Source of the DNA: an uncultured Acidobacteriaceae bacterium
GTDB lineage: Bacteria > Acidobacteriota > Terriglobia > Terriglobales > Acidobacteriaceae
Direction of reading: 5' to 3'
DNA length: 64,000 nt
NCBI GenBank assembly: GCA_963705765.1
Contig: CAVPKU010000054.1
Location: 31,659 to 95,658 of the forward strand
The notes under the pieces were generated by a model. It saw nothing but the letters and a program-made list of their open reading frames with translations. It made no database searches and was not told the origin of the DNA. Shown one piece after another: positions 45,379 to 52,885 of the stretch (positions within the stretch are counted from its first letter, which is position 1; the number at the start of each line of letters is the position of its first letter). The position numbers were made by a program, and so were the translations under genes.

Positions 45379-48081
45379 TTACAGTTTTGATCCGTCGATC
45401 TCCTCGTGCAGTGCCAGCGCTCGTGATGAGCCTCCGACACTCAGCGTCCGCACGCCACTCGCCATCACCCACTTCTGCTCTTTCGTCGACCAGTACTGCA
45501 GCTGCCGCGGTGGCACATGAAGGGTCACAGTTTTGGTCGCGCCGGCAGGCACTCGCACCCGATCGAACGCCGCCAGCGCCCGCACCGGAAACTGCACTCC
45601 TTCGGGAAGCGTTTTCGGGGCTCCCAGATACACCTGCGGCACTTCATCCGAATCCACGCTGCCCATGTTCCGAATCTGAACCGTCACGTCCAGACCACCA
45701 TCCGCAGCCTTCGCCGTCTTCAACCCGGAGTATTCAAACGTCGTGTAGCTCAGCCCAAATCCAAACGGAAACAGCGGCGCCCGATTCTCCTTATCGAACC
45801 ACCGGTACCCGACATTCACTCCCTCGCTGTAGGTCGTTTTTCCATCCACGCCCTTCCTGCTCCGCTCCGGATATTGCGGATCGGTCGCCGCATAATCCGT
45901 CAGGGCCTTGGCCCACGTCACCGGCAACCGCCCCGCAGGACTCGTCTTCCCGAGCAGCAAATTCGCCGTCGACCAGCCGCCTTCATCGCCCGGCCACCAC
46001 ATTTCCAGCACCGCCTTCACCTTGTCCACCCACGGCAAAGCCACTGGCTGGCTCGTGTTCAGCACCACGATCGTGTTCGGATTCGCCGCCGCCACCTCTT
46101 CCACCAGCTTGTCCTGGTCGCCGGGCAGCCCAAACACCGGCGACAGCCGCGTCCACACAAACACCACTGCGATCTTCGCCTTCTTCGCCGCCGCAATCGC
46201 CGCGTCATGATCCGCTACGCGCTGCTCCGGCGTGTACCAGTTCAACCGCACCTGCACCGGCGCGTTCGACGAATCCGGCGATGTCTCAATCTGAATCGCG
46301 TGCGGTCCCTCGCTTAGCTCCACCGCGCGCCGCACGTTGTCCAGTCCATCGGTTGTCGGCACCACATTGTCCTGGTTCGCCTGCAGGATGTCCCCATGCA
46401 CACCGCCCTGCTCGACCCCAGTCCGCGCCAACCGTTTCCCGTCGAGCATCATCTTCGCGTTCGTCCCCATCGCCTGCAGATAAATCCAGTACGTCCCTGC
46501 ATGCGGCGGCATCAGAGTCCCCTTCCATACCACCGTCGAATTCGGAGCCAGCGCATTTCCCTTCTCCTTCGTGAAGTTCAGCTCCGCGTCCGTCTTTTCC
46601 ACGCCGCCGCCCGTCCGCAACAATCCAGGCTTGCCATCATGGCTGAGCGCACTCGCCGGAACCGTCGTCCCCGTCATGTCATCGGCTACCGCAAACTGAA
46701 TTCGTGAATTCCCCGAGACTTTCTTCATCGCCGCCAGCGGACCCACCTGGCGCCACGGCAATCCAACGCTCCGCTCGCCGTTGATGCCAATCGAATCCAC
46801 CTGCGCTGCCGTTGGTCCAATCAGCACCACCGAATCCAGGTCCGCTGCCTTCAGCGGCAGAACATGACTCTCGTTCTTCAGCAACACCGCGGCATCTTCG
46901 CCGGTCTTCTCGATGATCTTCGCGTTCGCCTCCACCGCCTGCGGCGTCACATTGTGTTGTTGCATCCCGTCCATGTACCCGAATTTAACGATCTCGTAGA
47001 GCACATGCCCCGCCGCCCGCGTGACAGCGGCCTCATCCACCGTCCCGTCCTTCAGCGCCTCCGGCATTTTCTCTGGATTCAGCTTCACACCCCAGTTCCC
47101 GCCTCCGCCCTGCTCCGGCGCTGGCTCCTCCGGAATATGCCCACCGAATGCCCCACTCAAATCGTCTCCGGCCTCAGCGTGTTGCCGCGGCGAAGGCGGC
47201 ACCACCGGCTGCGCATCGAAGAACGTCGGAATCCACGACGGCTTTCCCGGCTCCGGCTCGCCCGGCATCTCCATATCCAGGCCCGCGTTGATGAAGTTCA
47301 CCGCGTGCACCGCGCCCCAGTCCGACGTCATGAATCCCTTGAACCCGATCTGGTCGCGCATGATTGTCGTCAGCGTGTCCTTATTCCCGCACGCAAACGT
47401 CCCGTTCAGCTTGTTGTACGAGCACATAATCGACGCCACGCCCGCCTTCACCGCCGCATCGAACGGCGCCACATACACCTCATGCAGCGTCTGATCGTCG
47501 ATGTAGGTGTTTTCATTTGCCGAGTCGTACCCGACGTAGTGCTTCACCATCGCCATCACATGCTGCGCCTGAATTCCTTTGATCTCCGCCGCGCCCATCA
47601 CGCCCGACAAATAAGGATCCTCGCCAAAGGTGTTGTACCCGCGCCCAAACTCCAGATCGCGATCGATATTCACGAATGGCTGCAGGCTCACATCGATGCC
47701 CGCCGCGCGATCCTCGCGCCCAATCACCACGCCATTGTCTTCCGCGTCCTTCACGCTGAACGTCGCCGCCACGCCCATCGTCGCCGTCTCGCCCTGGCTC
47801 GGCACGCGCGTCAGCGCTCCCGGAGGACCATCCGCCATCCGCAGCCCCGGAATCCCCAGCCGCGGAATTCCTCCCAGATACCCAGCCTGCCCCTGATACA
47901 CCTTCGGATCTTCATGCGTGCCGTGAATCAGCGTGAGCTTCTCGTCGAGCGTCATCTTGCTCAGCAGCTCATCCACCCGCGCGTCGCCCGTCACCACGGG
48001 AGCCTTCTGCGCCGCCATGCCCAATGTGAACCCAACCACTCCACTCAGCAGCGCCAGCCGCCGTATCCCATAACGATGCAT
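45379..48081 (-). CDS. glycoside hydrolase family 3 beta-glucosidase-like enzyme with inserted PA14 domain
   Basis: ORF-track frame was trimmed to ATG 48081 (signal peptide). GH3 blocks are TLDEKLTLIHG, KHYVGYD, and the nucleophile region GFKGFMTSDWGA. A PA14-like insert (VVWKGTLMPPHAGTYWIYLQAMG...) and a C-terminal Fn3-like domain are present. Confidence 0.9.
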   Translation of the reverse strand: MHRYGIRRLALLSGVVGFTLGMAAQKAPVVTGDARVDELLSKMTLDEKLTLIHGTHEDPKVYQGQAGYLGGIPRLGIPGLRMADGPPGALTRVPSQGETATMGVAATFSVKDAEDNGVVIGREDRAAGIDVSLQPFVNIDRDLEFGRGYNTFGEDPYLSGVMGAAEIKGIQAQHVMAMVKHYVGYDSANENTYIDDQTLHEVYVAPFDAAVKAGVASIMCSYNKLNGTFACGNKDTLTTIMRDQIGFKGFMTSDWGAVHAVNFINAGLDMEMPGEPEPGKPSWIPTFFDAQPVVPPSPRQHAEAGDDLSGAFGGHIPEEPAPEQGGGGNWGVKLNPEKMPEALKDGTVDEAAVTRAAGHVLYEIVKFGYMDGMQQHNVTPQAVEANAKIIEKTGEDAAVLLKNESHVLPLKAADLDSVVLIGPTAAQVDSIGINGERSVGLPWRQVGPLAAMKKVSGNSRIQFAVADDMTGTTVPASALSHDGKPGLLRTGGGVEKTDAELNFTKEKGNALAPNSTVVWKGTLMPPHAGTYWIYLQAMGTNAKMMLDGKRLARTGVEQGGVHGDILQANQDNVVPTTDGLDNVRRAVELSEGPHAIQIETSPDSSNAPVQVRLNWYTPEQRVADHDAAIAAAKKAKIAVVFVWTRLSPVFGLPGDQDKLVEEVAAANPNTIVVLNTSQPVALPWVDKVKAVLEMWWPGDEGGWSTANLLLGKTSPAGRLPVTWAKALTDYAATDPQYPERSRKGVDGKTTYSEGVNVGYRWFDKENRAPLFPFGFGLSYTTFEYSGLKTAKAADGGLDVTVQIRNMGSVDSDEVPQVYLGAPKTLPEGVQFPVRALAAFDRVRVPAGATKTVTLHVPPRQLQYWSTKEQKWVMASGVRTLSVGGSSRALALHEEIDGSKL

Positions 48082-48301
48082 GCTTCCCCCCGGCCCATCC
48101 GGCTGCAGCAGTTTCATCGCGAACGGAACAGGACAAGCAGACACGCCGCCGCAATCGACAGTGCAAACCGCGGGTCAGTCTACAGCAATTGAACGATTCC
48201 GAATCATTATTCGAGCGCAGCCGAACCCTTCAGTGCATCCAGTCGTAACGCGATGCAGTCCATGAACGCAGTGTGGAAGCCATCCGAGACCAGGACTCAG
48301 C

Positions 48302-48330
48302 AAAAAGAAAAGGGCCGCAATGGCCCCTTC
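48302..48330 (-). terminator. rho-independent terminator of the Gly/Ser-linker lipoprotein gene
   Basis: The minus strand reads GGGGCC-ATTGC-GGCCC followed by TTTTCTTTTT. Confidence 0.6.
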
Positions 48331-48344
48331 TCTGCTTGATTTTT

Positions 48345-48372
48345 CTGAACGCTGAACGCCGAACGCTGAACG
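48345..48372. repeat. heptamer array CTGAACG CTGAACG CCGAACG CTGAACG (CYGAACG family)
   Basis: Four tandem 7-mers between the stop codon (48383-48385) and the terminator hairpin. Confidence 0.75.
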
Positions 48373-48382
48373 ATGCTTTTTC

Positions 48383-49483
48383 TCACCACCGATAAACAGT
48401 CAGCTGGTCCAGAACCACCGTCGATGCTCCGCTCCCAGCGTTACGCCCGTCCACCTGCAGATTCGTCAGCAGCGTCGGCCCCCATCCCAGCGCAAACGCC
48501 GACGGCGTTGTCGCATTGATGTCCTGCTCCACGTCATCCAGCCATACCGACTCGTACGTCGCGTTGCCCGCATCGTCGCGCGAGTACGCTACCTGCACGT
48601 GATGCCACGTGTTCTGGCTCCAGTCCTGCACATTGCACGCCTGATCCGTCTGCACCCACTTGTCCACCGGGTTCTCCGGCGTCCCCGCGTTCGTTGTGTA
48701 ATCCCAGGTCTTCGACCAGCCGTCGCACTGGAAGCCGAAGATCACCGTCTGCCCATTCGGCATTACCTGGTTCATATCCATCTCGAGATTCGCCACATTG
48801 CTCGCCGAGCTGTCGAGATACACCCAAACGTCGTACAGAAAATGGGTCGCAGCGGTGTCCTTCCCAAACGACACGTGATACCGCTCGCCGCCGTAGTTCG
48901 AATAGTCCGTCGAGAATTCCCGTGCGTTTCCGCTGAGGGATGGCGTCTCTACAAGCTGGCTTGCGCCGCTCGCGTTCCCACCCGATCCGCTCGTCCCCGT
49001 ATCGTAGGCCGCCTGCCAGGTGCTGAGCGCCTGGATCTCGTCCACGCGAACCGCATTCGCCGGAACCAGCGACAGCGCACCCGAACTTCCCGCGCCCGAG
49101 CCCGACCCCGAGCCCGACCCAGAGCCAGATCCACTCGATCCGCTACCACCCGAGCCCGATCCCGAACTGCCAGATCCAGATCCACTCGACCCGCTGCCAC
49201 CCGATCCGGACCCCGAGCTGCCAGACCCAGACCCGCCCGATCCACTACCACCTGAGCCCGATCCCGAACTGCCCGATCCCGAACTGCCGCTACCACTCGA
49301 TCCGGATCCACTCGTTCCGGAGCCAGAACCACTCCCCGACCCCGCACCGTTTCCGGAGCTCGTGCTTGCCCCGCTGTTGGCCTGGGCGACATTGGAGTTG
49401 ATGGCAATCGAACCGCACCCGGCTATCACAACCGCGGCGATCAGGAGGGAGAGGGAACCAGCGGTCCACTGAAGAGTCTTCAC
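48383..49483 (-). CDS. lipoprotein with ~100-aa Gly/Ser linker and C-terminal domain of unknown function
   Basis: 366 aa. Lipobox VIAGCGS, then (G/S)n from about residue 37 to 135, then a ~230-aa Trp/Asp/Asn-rich domain (ERYHVSFGKD...NLEMDMNQV...WHHVQVAYS...LQVDG) suggestive of a beta-sandwich carbohydrate-binding or hydrolase-like fold. Confidence 0.65.
   Translation of the reverse strand: MKTLQWTAGSLSLLIAAVVIAGCGSIAINSNVAQANSGASTSSGNGAGSGSGSGSGTSGSGSSGSGSSGSGSSGSGSGGSGSGGSGSGSSGSGSGGSGSSGSGSGSSGSGSGGSGSSGSGSGSGSGSGSGAGSSGALSLVPANAVRVDEIQALSTWQAAYDTGTSGSGGNASGASQLVETPSLSGNAREFSTDYSNYGGERYHVSFGKDTAATHFLYDVWVYLDSSASNVANLEMDMNQVMPNGQTVIFGFQCDGWSKTWDYTTNAGTPENPVDKWVQTDQACNVQDWSQNTWHHVQVAYSRDDAGNATYESVWLDDVEQDINATTPSAFALGWGPTLLTNLQVDGRNAGSGASTVVLDQLTVYRW
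49079..49375. repeat. low-complexity imperfect tandem repeats encoding the (Gly/Ser)n linker
   Basis: Repeated GGNAGY-type codon units (e.g. ccgatcccgaactgcc, ccagatccactcga variants) inside the CDS. Confidence 0.7.
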
Positions 49484-49815
49484 AATTATGCCCGGGCAGA
49501 AAAATTTGAGCGCGTTCTCTCGGGCTTGCAGACTTTCCCCGCAGAAATGCCGGAAATCTTCCAGGGCATTCCCTGCCAGGCGTTCTCCACGATCCGCTTT
49601 CTCGGGTGCAGTTGATCAGAAAGTAAGCCAGGTTATCCGTATCGCCAATCACACAAACGAGGAGCGAATCACACCGCAGTAACTTCGTCGGCTCCCCATA
49701 TCGATCTCGCTGCACGCGAGTTACGACCGAACTACCACTGAGGTAATCACTCTCGTCGCCGCGTACACCGCCTCCGCCTCCCCCATTCGCGCCATTGCCC
49801 TGCTACCCTTCCCCC

Positions 49816-50892
49816 ATGACCGTCCGCAAGATCGTCCACATCGACATGGACGCCTTCTACGCGTCGGTCGAACAGCGCGACGATCCCAACCTCCGCGGCA
49901 AACCGGTCGTCGTCGCGTGGCGCGGCAATCGTTCCGTCGTCTGCGCCGCATCCTATGAGGCGCGCCGCTTCGGCATCCGCTCCGCCATGCCCGCGCTCCG
50001 CGCCGAACGCCTCTGCCCCGACGCCGTCTTCATCCCGCCCGACTTTTCTCGCTACCGCACCGTCTCCCGCCACACCCGCGACATCTTCCGCCGCTACACC
50101 GACCTCATCGAACCGCTCTCCCTCGACGAGGCCTACCTTGACGTCACCGAAAACAAGCTCGGCCTGCCCACCGCCACCAAAGTCGCGAGCGCCATTCGCA
50201 AAGAGATTCGCGACGAGCTCCACCTCACTGCCTCCGCCGGTGTCGCCCCCAACAAGTTCCTGGCCAAGATCGCCTCCGACTGGCGCAAGCCCGACGGCCT
50301 CTTCGTCATCCAGCCCGAAGACATCGACGCCTTCCTGCCGCCGCTCCCCGTCGAACGTCTCCCCGGCGTCGGCAAAGTTACGGCCGAGCGCCTCGCCAAC
50401 CTCGGCGTCAAAACGGTTGGTGACCTGCGCACCATGGAACTAGTAACAGTGGAAGAACATTTTGGCCGCCACGGCCAGCGCCTGCGCGAACTGGCCTACG
50501 GCATCGATGAGAATCCCGTCGTCCCCGATCGCCCCACCCAATCCATCTCCGCCGAAGACACCTTCGAGCGGGACATCCCCCTCAACGACACCGCCGACGC
50601 CATCCGCCGGCTCGCCGAAAAAGTCTGGAACGCCTCTCGCAAAGAGACGCGCATCCCGCGCACCGTTGTTCTCAAGCTCAAGACCGCGGAATTCAAAATC
50701 CTCACGCGCTCGCTCACGCCCGCCGAGCCGGTCGCCTCCTGCGAAGAACTCGCCGGCATCGCCCTCACCCTGCGCGAACGCGTCGAACTCGGACCAGCAC
50801 AGCGCTTCCGTCTCATCGGCGTCGGCCTTCACAACTTCCGCGACCCCGATGACACCCCCGCCCAGCCCATCCTCTTCGACCAGATGAACTGA
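49816..50892 (+). CDS. dinB: DNA polymerase IV (Y-family)
   Basis: ORF-track frame was trimmed to ATG 49816. KIVHIDMDAFYASVEQRDDP, SLDEAYLDVT and GVAPNKFLAKIASD blocks. Confidence 0.9.
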   Translation: MTVRKIVHIDMDAFYASVEQRDDPNLRGKPVVVAWRGNRSVVCAASYEARRFGIRSAMPALRAERLCPDAVFIPPDFSRYRTVSRHTRDIFRRYTDLIEPLSLDEAYLDVTENKLGLPTATKVASAIRKEIRDELHLTASAGVAPNKFLAKIASDWRKPDGLFVIQPEDIDAFLPPLPVERLPGVGKVTAERLANLGVKTVGDLRTMELVTVEEHFGRHGQRLRELAYGIDENPVVPDRPTQSISAEDTFERDIPLNDTADAIRRLAEKVWNASRKETRIPRTVVLKLKTAEFKILTRSLTPAEPVASCEELAGIALTLRERVELGPAQRFRLIGVGLHNFRDPDDTPAQPILFDQMN

Positions 50893-51028
50893 TTGTCATC
50901 CTGAGCGAAGCGAAGGACCTCGTGTTCCTTTCCGCGATCTCAATTCATGAGGCGAGGACAATCCCAGGAACCTCAGCGGTCCGAACGCTTCTTATCGGCC
51001 GGTCCCGTTCCCTGCAGCTCGCTGAACG

Positions 51029-52246
51029 CTACCTCACCTTCACCACCGTGCTCGGTGGCCTCACGATCAACGGCACCACAATCGACACCAGCATGAGCGC
51101 CGCAATCACATGCAGCCCGTGCGCATACGAAGTCCCGGTTTGCCGTAAATGCGCGATCAGCAGTGGCCCAAATGCGCTCGCAAAACCCCACGCCGTCAGC
51201 ATCAGCCCGTAGATCGGCCCGATGTTCTTCGCTCCGAAATAATCCGTCGCGAACGCCGGCATGGTTCCGAATCCTCCGCCGTAGCACATCAGGATAATGA
51301 ACGTCAGCACCGTCAGCATCGTCGCATCCGCGATGTTCGGCATCACCCAGAACAGCCCTGCCGAGCACAGATACATCACCACAAACGTCCACCGCCGCGT
51401 GATCCCGTCCGATACCCACGCCCAGAACACCCGGCCCACTGCGTTGCCAATCGCCGCGAGACCCACCATTCCCGCCGCCACGACCGCCGTCACCTTGGCG
51501 ATCTCCTGGAACATCGGCGACTCCTGCGAGATCACCGAAATCCCCGCGGTCGTGTTCAGGAACAGAATCAGCCACAGCGCCCACCACTGCCAAGTCCCCA
51601 GCGCGCGGCCCAGCGAGTAATCCTCCACCACCCGCTGTTTCACCTGCGTCTCGGTCGGTTTCCATCCCGCCGGCGCATATCCAGCCGGTGGACTCTGCAT
51701 CAACAGCCCCGTGATCATCAGCACCACGAAGTATCCGACTCCCAGGTAGGCGAAGGTATGCATGACGCCCACGCTCCCGATCAGCCGCGTCGCCAGCGGT
51801 GCCGTCACCAGTGCTCCAGCGCCGAATCCGCCCACCGCCACACCCGTGATCAATCCGCGCTTATCGGGAAACCACTTCACCAGCACCGCGATCGGCACGA
51901 TATACCCGAACCCCAGTCCGATCCCGCCAATCACTCCGTACGAAAAATACAGCCAGTGCAGACTGTTCGCCGAGTAACTGGCCAGGAACACCCCAAGGCT
52001 GTAGAGCAGGCCCCCCGTCAGCGCCACCGGGCGCGGACCCTTCTTGTTCAGCCACAGCCCGCCGGCGAACGCCGCGAACCCCATCACGAAAATGCAGATC
52101 GTGAAGGTGAGCGTGACCTGCGAAATCGTCCAGTGAAATTGCTTCGACAGCGGAGTGCGAAACACACTCCACGCATAGACGGCGCCCAGCGCCATCTGCA
52201 TAAAAATGCCCGCAAGGGCAATTCCCCAACGTCTGCCTTCCGACAT
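51029..52246 (-). CDS. MFS transporter, oxalate/formate antiporter (OFA) family
   Basis: 405 aa and 12 TM. The N-terminus (RRWGIALAGIFMQMALGAVYAWSVF) is characteristic of OFA/OxlT-like carriers. Confidence 0.8.
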   Translation of the reverse strand: MSEGRRWGIALAGIFMQMALGAVYAWSVFRTPLSKQFHWTISQVTLTFTICIFVMGFAAFAGGLWLNKKGPRPVALTGGLLYSLGVFLASYSANSLHWLYFSYGVIGGIGLGFGYIVPIAVLVKWFPDKRGLITGVAVGGFGAGALVTAPLATRLIGSVGVMHTFAYLGVGYFVVLMITGLLMQSPPAGYAPAGWKPTETQVKQRVVEDYSLGRALGTWQWWALWLILFLNTTAGISVISQESPMFQEIAKVTAVVAAGMVGLAAIGNAVGRVFWAWVSDGITRRWTFVVMYLCSAGLFWVMPNIADATMLTVLTFIILMCYGGGFGTMPAFATDYFGAKNIGPIYGLMLTAWGFASAFGPLLIAHLRQTGTSYAHGLHVIAALMLVSIVVPLIVRPPSTVVKVR

Positions 52247-52283
52247 GCTCCCCCTCCCAGGGTTTCGCTTCCAGGCGCGTTCT

Positions 52284-52772
52284 TTATTGCTTTGAGCTGG
52301 GGGAGCAGCCCTTCTCCTTCAAACGCGCACCCAGGTTTTCCAGAAATCTGTTGATCAGCGCCACACTTCGCCGCAGTTCCGGTCGCCGGAACTGTCCCAG
52401 CAGCGACAACAATCCAGGCGGCTCGATCACCGGCCGCCGCTCGCTGCCCATCGTCTCACCCACGGCGTTGGCGAAGCATTGCATCAGCTCAGGATTGATC
52501 GAACCCATCATCTTCCCGAAGATGATCGCGTTCCGCAGCGCGTGAACGGCCACCGGCGTCTCTGTCTCTTTGACCGCGGCCTCCACCACCTGATCCTTCG
52601 CGCTCAGCACGCCACGCAGCACTTCAAACACGCCCGCGTCATGCGCCTGCTCGATCAATTCATACGCATCCAGCAGAGCCTCGGCATGCTGCGCCGGCGC
52701 TTTCTCCAGCCGGGCCAGCAATTCCTTCCGCGCATCCCGCGGTGCGATCTCCAGAGCAATTGGCTGCGCCAT
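52284..52772 (-). CDS. DUF1641 domain-containing protein
   Basis: 162 aa. GVFEVLRGVLSAKDQVVE...ALRNAIIFGKMMGSINPELM resembles DUF1641 proteins, which commonly accompany FdhA/FdhF-type genes. Confidence 0.7.
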   Translation of the reverse strand: MAQPIALEIAPRDARKELLARLEKAPAQHAEALLDAYELIEQAHDAGVFEVLRGVLSAKDQVVEAAVKETETPVAVHALRNAIIFGKMMGSINPELMQCFANAVGETMGSERRPVIEPPGLLSLLGQFRRPELRRSVALINRFLENLGARLKEKGCSPSSKQ

Positions 52773-52819
52773 CTTTCCTTCCCTCCCTCTCCCGGGTGCC
52801 CCGCAATATTCAACTCATT

Positions 52820-52885
52820 CCGAACGCCGAACGCGGAGCGCCGAACGCCCTTCTGTTCCCTATTCTCTATTCCCTATTCCCTGCC
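52820..52885. repeat. composite heptamer arrays: CCGAACG CCGAACG CGGAGCG CCGAACG + CCCTTCT..CCCTATT CTCTATT CCCTATT CCCTGCC
   Basis: Both heptamer families sit side by side. The fdhA stop codon (52867-52869) and the last ~5 codons lie inside the CCCT array. Confidence 0.75.

Noticed and set aside
41213-48192. Series of + strand ORFs (41213-42241, 42374-43402, 43580-44791, 45309-46574, 45517-46317, 46864-48192) opposite the TonB-dependent receptor and GH3 genes.
   Set aside because: They are Arg/Pro/His-rich nonsense translations. The minus-strand genes have clear family motifs, signal peptides and RBSs.
49079-49375. Highly repetitive DNA that could be mistaken for a CRISPR or VNTR locus.
   Set aside because: It is in frame within a lipoprotein CDS and encodes a Gly/Ser linker. 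The repeats are imperfect and contiguous with no unique spacers, and no cas genes are nearby.
49484-49815. LexA/SOS box upstream of dinB.
   Set aside because: I found no convincing palindrome of the CTGT-N8-ACAG, GTTC-N7-GTTC or CGAAC-N4-GTTCG types in the divergent promoter region. Without the lineage-specific consensus, no call can be made.
50895-50919. GTCATCCTGAGCGAAGCGAAGGACC just after the dinB stop. From memory it resembles a dispersed repeat seen in soil-bacterial genomes (spurious peptides like VILSEAKD).
   Set aside because: Only one copy exists in this window, so a repeat family cannot be supported from the sequence provided. It would need a genome-wide search.
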